Shown here: piece by piece, positions 24,168 to 36,044 of the stretch
Layout of the letters: each line of letters begins with the position of its first letter
How positions within the stretch are numbered: the stretch's first letter is position 1
Source: Dimorphilus gyrociliatus
Taxonomy: Eukaryota > Animalia > Annelida
Assembly: GCA_904063045.1 (NCBI GenBank)
Contig: CAJFCJ010000020.1
Coordinates: 1,418,916 to 1,482,915, forward strand
Direction: 5' to 3'
DNA length: 64,000 bases
Made by a program: the position numbers and the translations under genes
Notes under the pieces: model-generated
Told to the model about the DNA's origin: nothing
What the model saw: only the letters and a program-made list of their open reading frames with translations
Databases searched by the model: none

Positions 24168-24718
24168 TGAAAAGAAGCTCAATATTTTTTATACTTTTAT
24201 TTAAAATAATAAAATGTCAATTGAAAAATTGTACAAATTATTGTTATGGTAGATGCGTAAACTTCCATAGAATTTATCAATGCCTTCAATGTCCATTGAA
24301 GATGGACGGTATCAATTGTAATTTATCCTGTATGAGAAATCTCTCTATGGACTGTCGTAGAAAATGTAGACGAACTAATAATAAGAATATATGTAATTGC
24401 TTTATATTTTCATGCCCCATGTCAAAAAGACATTCCGTAATGGAAAGAGTAACCTTTAGCGGAAGTAGAACTGAAGAGGAAATGGAACATATGCAAAATC
24501 CATTGGTAAGGGAAGCTTGGTCGCTAAAATCTTCCAGATTTGTAACTATTGAAAAGCTAGCCTTTTTGATTATGATTCTCCTAGGAATAACAATTTTACT
24601 CTGCAGTTTTATCTGGTTATTACTAGGTGGAAGTAATAGGAAAGCCTGCGCCCATTGTGCTATTGCGTTAAATCATAAGAAAGATTTAAGAGTAGTTCGT
24701 CTAGACAATATCAGATAG
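24167..24718 (+). CDS. Intronless 183-aa type I membrane protein: signal peptide, Cys-rich EGF-like ectodomain, one TM helix, short tail
   Basis: Open frame MKRSSIFFILLFKIIKC (signal-like), CTNYCYGRCVNFHRIYQCLQCPLKMDGINC (six-Cys EGF-like) plus further Cys, then TM LAFLIMILLGITILLCSFIWLLLGG. This ordered architecture is unlikely by chance in AT-rich DNA. No named ortholog recognised. Confidence 0.7.
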   Translation: MKRSSIFFILLFKIIKCQLKNCTNYCYGRCVNFHRIYQCLQCPLKMDGINCNLSCMRNLSMDCRRKCRRTNNKNICNCFIFSCPMSKRHSVMERVTFSGSRTEEEMEHMQNPLVREAWSLKSSRFVTIEKLAFLIMILLGITILLCSFIWLLLGGSNRKACAHCAIALNHKKDLRVVRLDNIR

Positions 24719-25115
24719 GAAGGAAATAGAGAAGGAAATAAAAGAAAAACATAAAAGATTAAAAGTAAATGTTACATTTATTGTTTTTAAATATATTATG
24801 AGTTTTGTCAATAGTTTTCCTTTTATCTTCTCTTTGCTATTTTTGATTAATTAATTAGAAATCATAGAAAAAGTCGTTTTTTTTTCTTTAAAAAAAAATG
24901 ACCAACCTCTTAAAGGTGGGTCTGATTTTATCAAAGTTATAATAAGATTTTCTTTAAAAAGATTGATTTAATCTGTCAATGTTAACGCTGCATTATCGTA
25001 TAATCAACATACGATAAAGGTGAAGACTATGTCAATAAAGTACGCTGTTAGTACTGGTCTAATAAATTCTTTTGAACGCCATCTATAGTCTTTGGGCGAA
25101 ACATAACTTTGTTGT

Positions 25116-25854
25116 TCAATTGAAGATGAGATTTTTAAAACTTTTATTAAATATTCTAAACGACGGACTTATGTGACGTCGTTCAGTATCTTCTTGAATT
25201 CTTATATTCTTCAAATTAATTGACGCTTCGGCGACACTTTTGAAAACCTGGGCGACGCTTGAGTATTGATCGCAAGCTGATACTTCAAAAAAGGATGTGC
25301 AGGAATATTCTTTAGCTGTTCTCTCACCTGATTGTCTTGCAACATTTCTGTCAAATTCTAAGTCGGCTTTATTACCAACTAACGTTACCGGACATTGGGT
25401 ATGAGAAACAATATCTAAATAAGCTTGGGAGCTGGCTAAACTCTTCCTGTCAGTAATACTGTAAACAACAACGTAGGCGTCCGCCCAGTCAAGATATCTT
25501 TCTGAATTCGTACATTCCTCTTCGTCAAATGTATCCATAACCCTTATTGTTATTTCTTGATTATTAATAACTTCTTGCCTGTTATATGTTCCTTCGTGTT
25601 TCGGATCATATTCGGTAATAAAACGTTTCGAGAGATATTTAACGACGAGAGCTACAAGGAAAGAAACAAAATTTTTAAGTTATCCTCTTTTCTTTTCTAT
25701 AAACAAAGAAGATTGCCAAAAGGTCTTTAGTTCCAGGGAAGGAACCTTTCTATTTATGAGAATTTTTACCTGATTTACCAACCCCTACGGCTCCTAATAT
25801 AGCAACGTTGCAGGAAGGTTGATAGGAAGCGTCTTTGTGCTTCTTTTGGTTCAT
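25116..25854 (-). CDS. Ras-like small GTPase of the RERG/RERGL/RASL11-12 group, ~206 aa
   Basis: Exons 25854-25770 and 25651-25116. Motifs GAVGVGKSA (G1), FITEYDP (G2), VMDT (G3), VVVYSITD, LVGNKADL (G4), EVSA (G5); no CAAX box. Confidence 0.85.
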
Positions 25855-26375
25855 ATCTATCGATGACGCTTATAGCTGGCGGATAATGTAGTGCAGTGAT
25901 AAACGATCAGGCGCTACTGCGTAGTGAGAGATAGAGCGGATGCTCGGGTGCCGACCTAGTTTTCTCACGAAGGAATTTCTTTCGCTTACCACATAAGCTT
26001 TACAGAATTATAGGCCTTCAGATTGTAATAAAAAAAACCTCCCACTCCCTTCCATCAATCAACAGGAACCCGGAAGACGAAATACTATACAGTAAAGGAA
26101 AACTCGTATTCTTCTTCCTTTCTTTCTAATCCAGTTATAATCTTTCATTAGCTTATTAATAAATGATATAAAACTCATCTTAAAAAGAATATTTAAGATG
26201 TGAGAGATTTCTTCAATGTTGTACTAATCAGCCAAATCCCTTTTTCATCTCTGTGTATCTTCTCTATTCTCGTTCACTTCTCAGAATACCAATTTTTATG
26301 ATATTGAGAAGCAAATAAAAGTAATAAAAGACTGTTAAGATTTAATATTTGTAAGGAGAGAGGTGGGCGGAGGTA

Positions 26376-26385
26376 TGTGTGTGTC

Positions 26386-26421
<36 letters not shown>
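26376..26421. repeat. Compound (GT)n(GA)n microsatellite
   Basis: gtgtgt... followed by gagaga... Confidence 0.9.
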
Positions 26422-26422
<1 letters not shown>

Positions 26423-27370
26423 TGAAGATGTAAGGTCTAACCTTAGAAGAGAAATTGTTGACTGTTAAGACCTTGATCTATTCGAGGAAAGTGCGCAAAA
26501 CCTTTTAAAACACATTGGGTTAAAAAGCGTGGAAAAACGTGTTTTTTGTTGGGGGAGAGATTGTTGAAAATAGATGGTTTCTTCCTTAAATGAAAAAAGT
26601 AAACCTTTTGTAAATGTAAAAAGTCTTTTATAATGATAGTAAGAGGTATTCCTGAAATATATAACCATTAAATCAGACTGTACTGTTACATATGTACACA
26701 AATACAACGAGTGTTTTAAAGAAAGTAAAATATTCGGTATAATTTTATGGCGGTTATCTCTCAGCAAAGTTCTTATGCAGCAGCGGAACAATATCCTATG
26801 CCGCTTGTTGTCCTAACGTTCTTCGATGTATTCTAAAGTACATTGAGATTAAAGTACTGACATAGATGTCCTTTCCAACCCTTATCCAATATGAAAAGCA
26901 TGAATACTAAATATAAAAAAATTAGTACCGGATCAGGTTGCATTCCAGGAATATAAGATCATTAGAACAGTCCTTATCCTTATATTCCAACTAAATTAAC
27001 GAGAAATAAAAAAAGTCACATTTTAGTAATTAGTAAAATATACGTCGTAAAAATATACTAAGCCTATCGTCAACAAAGTAATATAAAACGTGATACTGTT
27101 TATCTGAGATAGAGATTAAAACTATTACTTTAGGCCTAGATGAAATTGTTGATAAATATACCGTCGTCATGTTTTGTTTTGTTTTTTACTTTGTATAATA
27201 CTGACGATTAAATGTATATTTTAAATATTTTCAAATCACGTTAATAGTTTATAGAATCTTTTAAAATGATGATTGAATCATCAAACTGTTGTAAACTAAT
27301 TAAAACAATTGGAATATAACGCTGTTAAGAACGCCTGCTTTCCAACTAATGGTATAAACATCAGTACAGA

Positions 27371-27382
27371 ATATATATATAA

Positions 27383-27417
<35 letters not shown>

Positions 27418-27442
27418 TATATATATATATATATATATATAC
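27371..27442. repeat. (AT)n microsatellite
   Basis: Interrupted atat run. Confidence 0.9.
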
Positions 27443-27675
27443 ATTTCAAAACGGAAATAAACATTAAAAATTCAGCGAAATATAATACACGTCATAACCA
27501 TGTATTTATATGAAAAATATACAAATAACAGATTTGTATTAATTTCATAAGACGCGAAATCCTTCACGAAAATCCACGAATATATTATATTATTTGTATA
27601 TCGCCACTAAACGTAGATTTATAATACAGCGCTAAACTGATTCACAAATTGAATATTCAACCAACCAGGATATGT

Positions 27676-30462
27676 CTAAGCCCAGTTGTTTGTATAGAAC
27701 TTGTTCGAGTTTCCTCCTTTTGTCGAACCAGAAGCACTGACACGATCTTGTACTCCCATCATCATATTCATCATTTGGCCTGGTGGAGGTCCGTATGGAA
27801 CTTGTGGGAGCTGTGTATGGGTATGAGGAAGGTTGTATGGTGGAGTTGTCGAACTCTGGAAATTCTTATCGTAAGCGCTCTTTGAACCTCCATAGTGATC
27901 TGCTACACCCCCTGTTCCAGCACCTCCAGCTGAAGTGGTCGATGTCGAATTATAATTGGAATATTGTTTTGGTGCCGCGTTGAACGTATTTGGCGTATTA
28001 TACATGCTGTACAAATGAGGACCATAGCCGGCAGCAGCACTTGGAGCGTAATAATGATGATAGCCTGGTGGAATAGCAGAGCTAGCCATATATTGCAGTT
28101 GTTGGTGGCTCGAGGAAGGTACAGATGCTGATGTACTCATGGCCGGAGATTGCGAATCATGACGACTTAGTTTTTCGGATGCAGTAGCTGCGGCTCCTGA
28201 TTATTTGTATATAAAGCATTAATGTCTCATATAGATTGATGTAACAACAATTATATTTAAATAGAAACAACAAATATGATACCGGTATTGAACTGCTGCG
28301 ATGACGACTCGCCTCGTGGCTGGAATGACATGTCATAGTACTGCTGTTTGAAACAAAAAAGTGCTGTGATGTGGCATGATCGTACCCAAAAATTATTGAA
28401 CACTTTCGAAACGATTAGAAAAGCAAGAATGAATAGTAAAATATAGAAGCGAATGAATTTTTTTTAGCAAGAGTGTAAAATGATAGCACGAAAAATGCCA
28501 AAATTAAACATGCATGTAAAAGGGAATCGCTTTGCGTCGGTTGCCATACCAGCTTCCAGCACCATTTGTTCACATTAATGTACGTCAACTTACCATTGTC
28601 TGCATTCTCTGCAACTGCATCAGATCGTTACTATCATAAGCCGTATTGTATACTTGTTGGTTGGCATGAAGATTAGACTGTTATGTTGAAATAATAGTTT
28701 AAAACATATTGTATCAGTATAGATAAAGCGATGGAGCTTACGTAGTAGGGTATACCAGCTGTTGGAGCATTTGGTTGTCCAACTAAATACCCTGTATTCA
28801 TCAGGGGTGGCTGCATAGCGACGCCAGGAGGTAGTTTAGTTGCGCCCATATAGCCATTTGATGATCTTGAAGCATGCAGACGGTTTGAAGTGGACGCAGA
28901 TCCATCATCAACACTCATTTTTGTTAAATTTTCATTCAATTTTGAAACAGCATTAGCCATAGCCGTTGAAGGTTCAGTTGTACCACTCGTAGTTGGAGCG
29001 TAGCTGAAACTATTGTTCGACGTTTGATACGAAGAAGATATAGTACTTGTTTGGGCGTAAATTGTAGGGTCAGTCGAGTAGGCAGTTGTTGAAGGAGAAG
29101 AGAATCCGCGCGTGTCTGATGTTTCAGGTTTGCTAGCTGATGAGAACATCGTTTGAGTTACTACTGGTGGTTGTTTCATTGGAGATTCTCTTGATTGGGG
29201 AGCCGGAGAGACACTTCCATTGATAATGGGACCGCTGCCAATATCGCCGAAAGTCAATCCACCAGTTGTTGCTGTTCCTTCATTTCCGTCCCTCCATCCA
29301 AAAGAAACGCCCAAATTATACGACGCCGACGGGTTCCCAGATGGCATTTCGACGGCTGACTGTGTTACTTTAGCAGACTGTGGTCCTGGTCGCTTGTTTG
29401 GAGCAGAGATAGGCTTGGCGCTATTCGTTCCAATGCCCATCACAGACTTCAAGTTTTCCGTTGCCTCTTTGTCGAAAACTTCAGTATTAAAGGTATTCGA
29501 ATTAGTATTATCCCCTGATTTGGGTGATTTATTCAGCAACATCCGTATCTTACCAATTTTAGAATCTGGTTGAGATGCCTGATGTGTAGAAAATTCGCCG
29601 CCGAAGTCTCCGCTAGCACCCGTATTCTTCATGGATTTACCTGAAACAGCTGTGACAGAAGGCGTGAAGACTTTTGAATCTTTCAAGTCTCCTTGCCATT
29701 CGTCATCCTCCCATGTATGCTTTGTATCCATACCATTCTCCCACATACCAATCTCCTGTTTCGGACTATTATCGTTTGAAGCATTCGAAATCTTGTTAAC
29801 AGACCTAGCGCCGCCTCGGTTGAATCCTCGTCCTCTTGTTGAGCCGCCTCGCCCTCGTCCTCGACCCCTTCCTCTTTCTTTACCTCCAGTGTCTGATCGA
29901 TTTCTATCATTATTTTGTCGTTCTGAATCTTCATGATTATCCTTCGGTCGTGAACGAGGGACATTTCCTTTTTTTCCACCTCTGGATTTTGAAGGTTTAC
30001 TCATTTCTGCATGATTAACCTCAACAGCTGGGGTCTCATTTTCAGGTGCTTTTGGTTTCTTTCCTCTCTTTTTGCCACTTTCTTGCCATTCACCGAATTT
30101 TGAATCATCCATTGTTTCTAATAACATTGCAACTGTAGTTGACACGCAGCAATCATTTTGTTGAAGAGCGTATATGATATCTTCTTCAGGTATGCCTGGG
30201 ACGATTTCTTGTACCTCACTGAGCTTAGTCTTCATTTGTGATTCTTCGTCGGAGTTTGCTGACATATTGGCCATTCTTATCTGTTCAGATGTAGCTTGGG
30301 GCTGTAAATAGTAAAAATTATAGTTTGATTCTCGAAAAATAATTTTGAATTACTAACCATCTTGGATATCGCATCAGATTTGTTAGTGTGCGAGGATTGA
30401 GTGGATTTACCGGTAGTGCGATCGCTTCGGTGCCTGCTGGCGGGCTTATTCGAAGAACTCAT
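27676..30462 (-). CDS. UBAP2L: Ubiquitin-associated protein 2-like / lingerer
   Basis: PQATSEQIRMANM, a UBA domain, an RGG box (RGRGRGRGRGG), KLPPGV...YDSNDLMQLQRM|QYYDMSF, KLSRHDSQSP, a Tyr/Gly-rich C-terminus ending YTNNWA*. Exons 30462-30358, 30304-28742, 28677-28594, 28343-28283, 28196-27676. Confidence 0.88.
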
Positions 30463-32094
30463 TTCTTTACAAATATTGTACAGTTGAGACTATTATACTA
30501 ATTATTTACAATCGTTCGCTGAAAGACACAAAAATATGCTATTAGTGATTGCCGTAGTTTCGATTATAGCCGGAAAAGTCTGATGAGTCAGGGCATGCTC
30601 ATTATCATACAATCGACGTTTCTACACTAATAAAAAATCGATCGTCAATGGAACACAATTATAAAGAATACAAAAACTATTTTATGTGATTTTCGGGTGA
30701 AGTCTGGGTAAAATAGAAGTACATTGGACAAAAACGCAGTTACAGATTTCAGCCATTGTTATCGGAGCACCTACGAAACGTTTTCTACTCTGCTGGAATT
30801 TTGCGAGAATTACTCGTCTGACCAAGCATTCTAACTGTTTAATTATTTCCTAAACATTCATTAATCAAAAAATTTCATTCGCTGATGTATTCCGAATCAC
30901 TAGGAAGTATATAACAAGAAATTGTAGGACATCTTACCTCCGTTGTCCGAAGAACGAGTAGTAAAAATATCACGTGACTCTCGCGAAAATTCGTCTACGA
31001 TATATTTTTTAAAAATTATATGAATACTATTTTTAAAAACTTGAAGACTGATTTTCAGATTTTCACGAATTATTTGTTATACGAAACTTGATCTGAAAAA
31101 AATGGCGGACTTGGCGGGTGATACACGAGGAAAGGTGGCGTGACAGTCGTATATAAAAGCTTAATCTCTATTGGTAGGACAAAAAAAGGCGGAAAAGATA
31201 AAGCTATGAAATAATCTTTGCCCATCCTTTTAGAGTAAAACCGTTCCTGTTGTTTTACTTATAGCAGCTAGCCAGTAGAGCAAAACCATGACATAATTTG
31301 TTCAGAAGTTAGCTTAATACTACAAAATGTAGCATTAAAAATGTGAATATTTTCTATTTTATTGAAACAGATAAATTGTTTAACCGTAATATTTCATTTT
31401 TAGTAAACTAGTTGCATTGTATTCATAAATTTTACATTGATATACAAAAAATAAATTTTTTTTTCTTTTTTTTATGGCTTATTTTATGGAATATGAAACT
31501 AAATTGTATTATTGACACTGTAAACTTCTAATTGAATTATTTTTTGCTAGAAAAGCTGTGCTTAAATATTTCAACCGTTCACGGTTTTTCTGACCGGTCT
31601 GGTTAAAGTCACAAAATGTCAATAATAAATGCAAAGTTTTTACTTTAAAAAATTATAAAATTTTAACAAAATAATTTGTTAGTTATTAAAAATTAAAATT
31701 AAAATAATAACTAAAAATATATCCCGACATTCAAGTTCGACCAATCAACACATTCATAACTTTATAGGCTAAAGGGTCTCTCAAGTTATTTCGACTTCCC
31801 GTTAACATCGGCGCGGTTTGTAAAGTAAGATGGCTTCGTAATATTTTTATAAGCAATTTTTGCTCCACAACGAAAATGTTGAAATTCCAACTCTTCGTAC
31901 TGGAGTATATTAGTAATTAATAAGTAATATCAGATAGTTTATCTATCATCAGCTATTTACTTTCAAATGATAATTCGCTATTTCTGAATGTCCTTGTCAG
32001 CAGAATGTCATTCTAACGTCGTACTGTATCGACATTGGTCTGATATTCCTATCATTAAATTTGAAGTGATTGTTAACTGTAGTTCATTTCAGAT

Positions 32095-33443
32095 ATGTCA
32101 CGTATGCTAATCAGAGGTAGTGTTGCTGCGGCAGCTGTTATTGGAGCTGGAGTTGCAGTATCAAGTCGCATGAACAGCGATTCCACTGTACAAGCTCGTT
32201 GTTGGTCATCAAATGTCCACCTTCGCTATCCACCAGCATTGAATTACCCTGACTTTAGCAAGCACAACAATCATATGGCTAAAGTTCTAACTCCTGCTGT
32301 AAGTTGAAAAGTATATTTATTGAGCGATAACCAATGTCTTTGAATTGACAGCTTTATGCCAAACTTAGAGATCGTGTAACTCCCAATGGTGTAACATTGG
32401 ACCAATGCATTCAAACAGGAGTAGACAATCCAGGACATCCGTTCATCATGACAGTCGGACTGGTTGCCGGTGACGAAGAGTCGTACGAAGTTTTCGGCGA
32501 ACTTTTTGACAAGGTCATTGATGACCGTCATAATGGCTATGGCCCCAACAGAAAACATCCAACAGATTTGGATTCATCCAAAATCCGTGGAGGAAACCTC
32601 GACCCAAAATATGTTCTCTCTTCTCGAGTAAGAACAGGTAGATCCATTCGTGGTTTAACTTTGCCACCTGTGTGCTCTAGAGCTGAGAGAAGGGAGGTTG
32701 AAAGAGTTGTAACCGATGCTTTGGCCAATTTGGGTGGTGAATTCAATGGCAAATACTATCCTTTATCTAAGATGACCGACGCTGAGCAAGACCAACTCAT
32801 TGAAGATCACTTCCTCTTCGATAAACCAGTATCCCCACTTCTTTTAGCCTCTGGAATGGCAAGAGATTGGCCCGATGCAAGAGGAATCTGGCATAACGAG
32901 AAAAAGAACTTTTTGGTATGGATCAATGAAGAAGATCATACCAGAGTCATTTCCATGGAAAAGGGCGGTAACATGAAAGCTGTCTTCGAGAGATTTTGCA
33001 ATGGTTTGAAAGAAGTAGAAAAAAATATACTTTCAAAGGGTTGGGAGTTTATGTGGAACGACCACTTGGGTTACGTTTTAACTTGCCCATCGAATTTGGG
33101 TACCGGTCTAAGGTGTGGAGTTCACATCAAATTGCCGAAATTGTCTAAGGTTAACATTGTATTTATAAAAAAAATTGAATGTACTTATAAAGTCATATCT
33201 TGACAGGATCCCCGATTCTCACAAGTTTTGAAAAATCTAAGACTGCAAAAGAGAGGAACTGGAGGCGTTGACACAGCAGCCGTTGGTGGTACTTTTGACA
33301 TCTCTAATGCCGATCGTTTGGGAAAATCCGAAGTTGAATTGGTTCAAAGCGTTATTGATGGTCTTGACTTACTTATTCAAATGGAAAAGCGCTTGGAATC
33401 CGGAAAGAAGATCGACGATCTTATTCCAAAACCAATAAAATAA
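32095..33443 (+). CDS. CKMT: Mitochondrial-type creatine kinase (phosphagen kinase)
   Basis: Presequence-like [93 protein letters not shown]. Only two short coding introns (near 32299-32351 and 33150-33205). Confidence 0.9.
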
Positions 33444-33605
33444 ATGAAGGGACTACCAATTTGATATTCGCTCACCATTCACAATCTGTTTGCTTTTCTT
33501 TAAATCTTTATAACATTCACGTTTGATATAAATATCTGAAAAGTTGAAACCAGTGCTATAGTTTATGCAATTGCATTGAATGATAATAGAATACAGAGTT
33601 ATACA

Positions 33606-33666
33606 TCAGAGCGCTGTGAGATGTCGTCACTAAAACTCAGTAGCAGAACTGATCAAAGTTCATCAT
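33606..33666 (-). ncRNA. Box C/D snoRNA copy 1 (SNORD38-type D' guide + SNORD48-type D guide)
   Basis: ATGATGA (C) ... CAGTTCTGCT-A-CTGA (guide + D') ... GTGACGA (C') ... CATCTCACAGCGC-T-CTGA (guide + D). Box D lies ~68 nt upstream of the 3' splice site. Confidence 0.85.
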
Positions 33667-33817
33667 ATATTTAAAATAATGTCCTACAAAATTTATGCAA
33701 AACTCACCTAAACTAGATTCTTCATCGATAAAGTTCCTTGTTCAATTATCTGTTAAAAAAAAAACAGCTTAGTACATGGTTATAGACTATAACTATAGAT
33801 TACAAAAATAATTAAAT

Positions 33818-33878
33818 TCAGAGCGCTGTGAGATGTCGTCACTAGGATTCAGTAGCAGAACTGATCAAAGTTCATCCT
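33818..33878 (-). ncRNA. Box C/D snoRNA copy 2
   Basis: Same guides as copy 1; box C is the variant AGGATGA; box D lies ~66 nt from the acceptor. Confidence 0.8.
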
Positions 33879-34024
33879 TATACCTTAGAATGAAATAAAA
33901 ATTATTGATTACTTGCCTTGTCTATTATTGTTTTTCCTCTAAAGCGTGACTTTTCTTGACCTGTCAAATAATAAACCATTGCGTAAATAATATCATTAAT
34001 TTGGGTATTTGCTATGAAATATAT

Positions 34025-34084
34025 TCAGAGCGCTGTGGGTGTCATCAAAGTTAATCAGTAGCAGAACTGATCAAAGTTCATCCT
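34025..34084 (-). ncRNA. Box C/D snoRNA copy 3
   Basis: Box C variant AGGATGA, D' guide CAGTTCTGCT, C' TGATGA, D guide CCCACAGCGC; box D lies ~62 nt from the acceptor. Confidence 0.8.
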
Positions 34085-34232
34085 AAAAAAAGTGTTCAAA
34101 AATTTGTTTTATCAACTTACCTAGATGTATATCTTTCATTGCATCTTGTCACTTGTACTTGTCACCTACTGAAGACAATTCTTTAAATAAAATGTCGTAA
34201 TTTATTATAAAAACAGCTATTAGAAAGTACTT

Positions 34233-34293
34233 TCAGAGCGCTGTGGAGTGTCGTCAAAGTTAATCAGTAGCAGAACTGATCAAAATTCATCAT
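34233..34293 (-). ncRNA. Box C/D snoRNA copy 4
   Basis: Canonical ATGATGA, D' guide CAGTTCTGCT, D guide CCACAGCGC, CTGA; box D lies ~62 nt from the acceptor. Confidence 0.85.
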
Positions 34294-36044
34294 CTTTAAA
34301 CTACAATACATTTTTAAAACTTTGGAATATTTAACCTTAATACTTTGATTCTTGCATTATTGCCTGTCACAAGGATTCTTTTCTTGGCAAAAATACTTAT
34401 TCGTCCTCTAAGAGTTCGTTAAATTCAAAATTAAGAGAGAAAACGACCTCATTCTAAATCAATTACGAAAAAAGCATCCATCAATTTCACCACGTGGTGG
34501 GCATGTCTGCAGACATCATTCTGTTCTACTTTATCATTCCTATGGGCCTAGCTTCATTATGCTATAAAGTAAATATATTGAAAATTTCTATTTTTGATAT
34601 GAACTTCCACTTATTTAGGTCAGCTTACCTTAAATAACTTCATTTTGTTCTAGCCATACAACACAGGTAGCCTAGTCTTCCCAACTGAAAAGACATGTGC
34701 CCAAGTGACATGAATATTTATAAGGGTGCAGTAAGCTATCGCTGATTGGTCTATCAGTCTGGCGCAACTTACAAACGCTATGAATTTTTTCGACAACAAT
34801 TCCATTTAGAATTAAAGCGAACAAACTTTCCAATTTTTTCACATAAATTTATCACCGTAAATACTTAACAAAACTGTACGTAGAAAATTTTCTGATATCT
34901 ATCTTACGTTAATACGCGTCTTGAAATAAATATTGCACGTATCCCTAATAATTTTACTATATTAAAATATTACTGCTCAAAGAATTACCCATATTATTTT
35001 TAAAGTCAAAGTATAGCATGTATTATTTTAAAATAAATATAAAATGCCGAAATATAGCCGTATTTAAAATATTTAAGAACAGTATACGAAACCACAAAAC
35101 TTTTTTCGATATAACCAATGAGCGCCTCTGTTTCAAATCATGTGACTACAGGAGAAGTCTTGGTATCACGTGATCGATACGACTAAATAGTGGAGAGTAT
35201 TGTGTGACCTCAATAAAAACTTAATTCTAAATCAATTTCGTTGATTATATCTTACTACAATACGCTTTCAATTCACTATTTTAGAGACATATGCGAGAAA
35301 AAGCGAAAGTTGTTTAGTTTATATTTAATTTACAAAAAAAAAGGAGTTTTTACTTTGATAAAAATTTTCGGCTCACCGTCAAGTTCTTGTTCTAGACATA
35401 CCCCGCATAAATTACGGATCCATTATGGTGGGCGCGTGATTTTGAACAAGAAATTTCGACGAATTGTCAAGTGTTTGATTGCGCTAAATCTGGATCGCTT
35501 TTATTCGAGGTACGCGCATAAAATATCGTAATTTCTGTTTAAGTCATTGTGTGACTTGAAAAGCACTTTTTTCTTTCAAAACTTGTTTTAAGCTTGTTTA
35601 GATTTGCATAGAGTAACAGACGTGGAAACCCTGTTACTAAAATATTCTTTTGTGTCGATCATTGCCTTATATGAACCGACGTTAGTAATCTTTATGATAT
35701 GCTAACAGAGGGACATTTCAAAAAGTGATTTGAATTGTTGATGACCTTTTTTCGTCTTTAGACGGCGATATAACGTTGGTTGCGTTTTGAAATTTCGCCA
35801 CGGCCGCCATCTTGAAAGTTGCATGGCGGGTCATTTAAGCAGGGCTGGAAGCTCGACTTACGTTCGAAGTTATTAATTGATACAAGAAGCGATCAACAAA
35901 TAAAATAGTTATTAGACCTTTTCTTGTTATAATAGGCTAATTATTGGTGGTTCTTGACGATTAAGCTAGAGTGTTTACATTTGTTTTATATATAAATAAA
36001 TGTATAACTGATCAACTTTCTCAACCTTGCAACAGGTTTTCGAA

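Larger units (their letters stand above)
33500..34700 (-). ncRNA. Spliced non-coding snoRNA host gene
   Basis: Minus-strand exons ~34690-34629, 34561-34336, ~34168-34121, 33960-33913, 33749-33708 and <=33535 have GT-AG borders. The longest spliced ATG ORF I found is ~24 codons. Introns 2-5 each hold one C/D snoRNA. TATAAATA at 34722-34715 and CCAAT at 34749-34745. Outer boundaries are approximate. Confidence 0.7.

Noticed and set aside
26465-26791. 108-codon minus-strand ORF
   Set aside because: Non-ATG start, composition typical of AT-rich intergenic DNA, and no motif or splice link to neighbouring genes.
35241-35531. 96-codon ORF upstream of LIN54
   Set aside because: It overlaps promoter and UTR-like sequence, has a non-ATG start and shows no protein features.
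35786-35813. CHR (TTTGAA) and E2F-like TTTCGCC motifs upstream of LIN54, suggesting autoregulation
   Set aside because: TTTGAA occurs many times by chance in this AT-rich window, the E2F match is partial, and the TSS is unknown.
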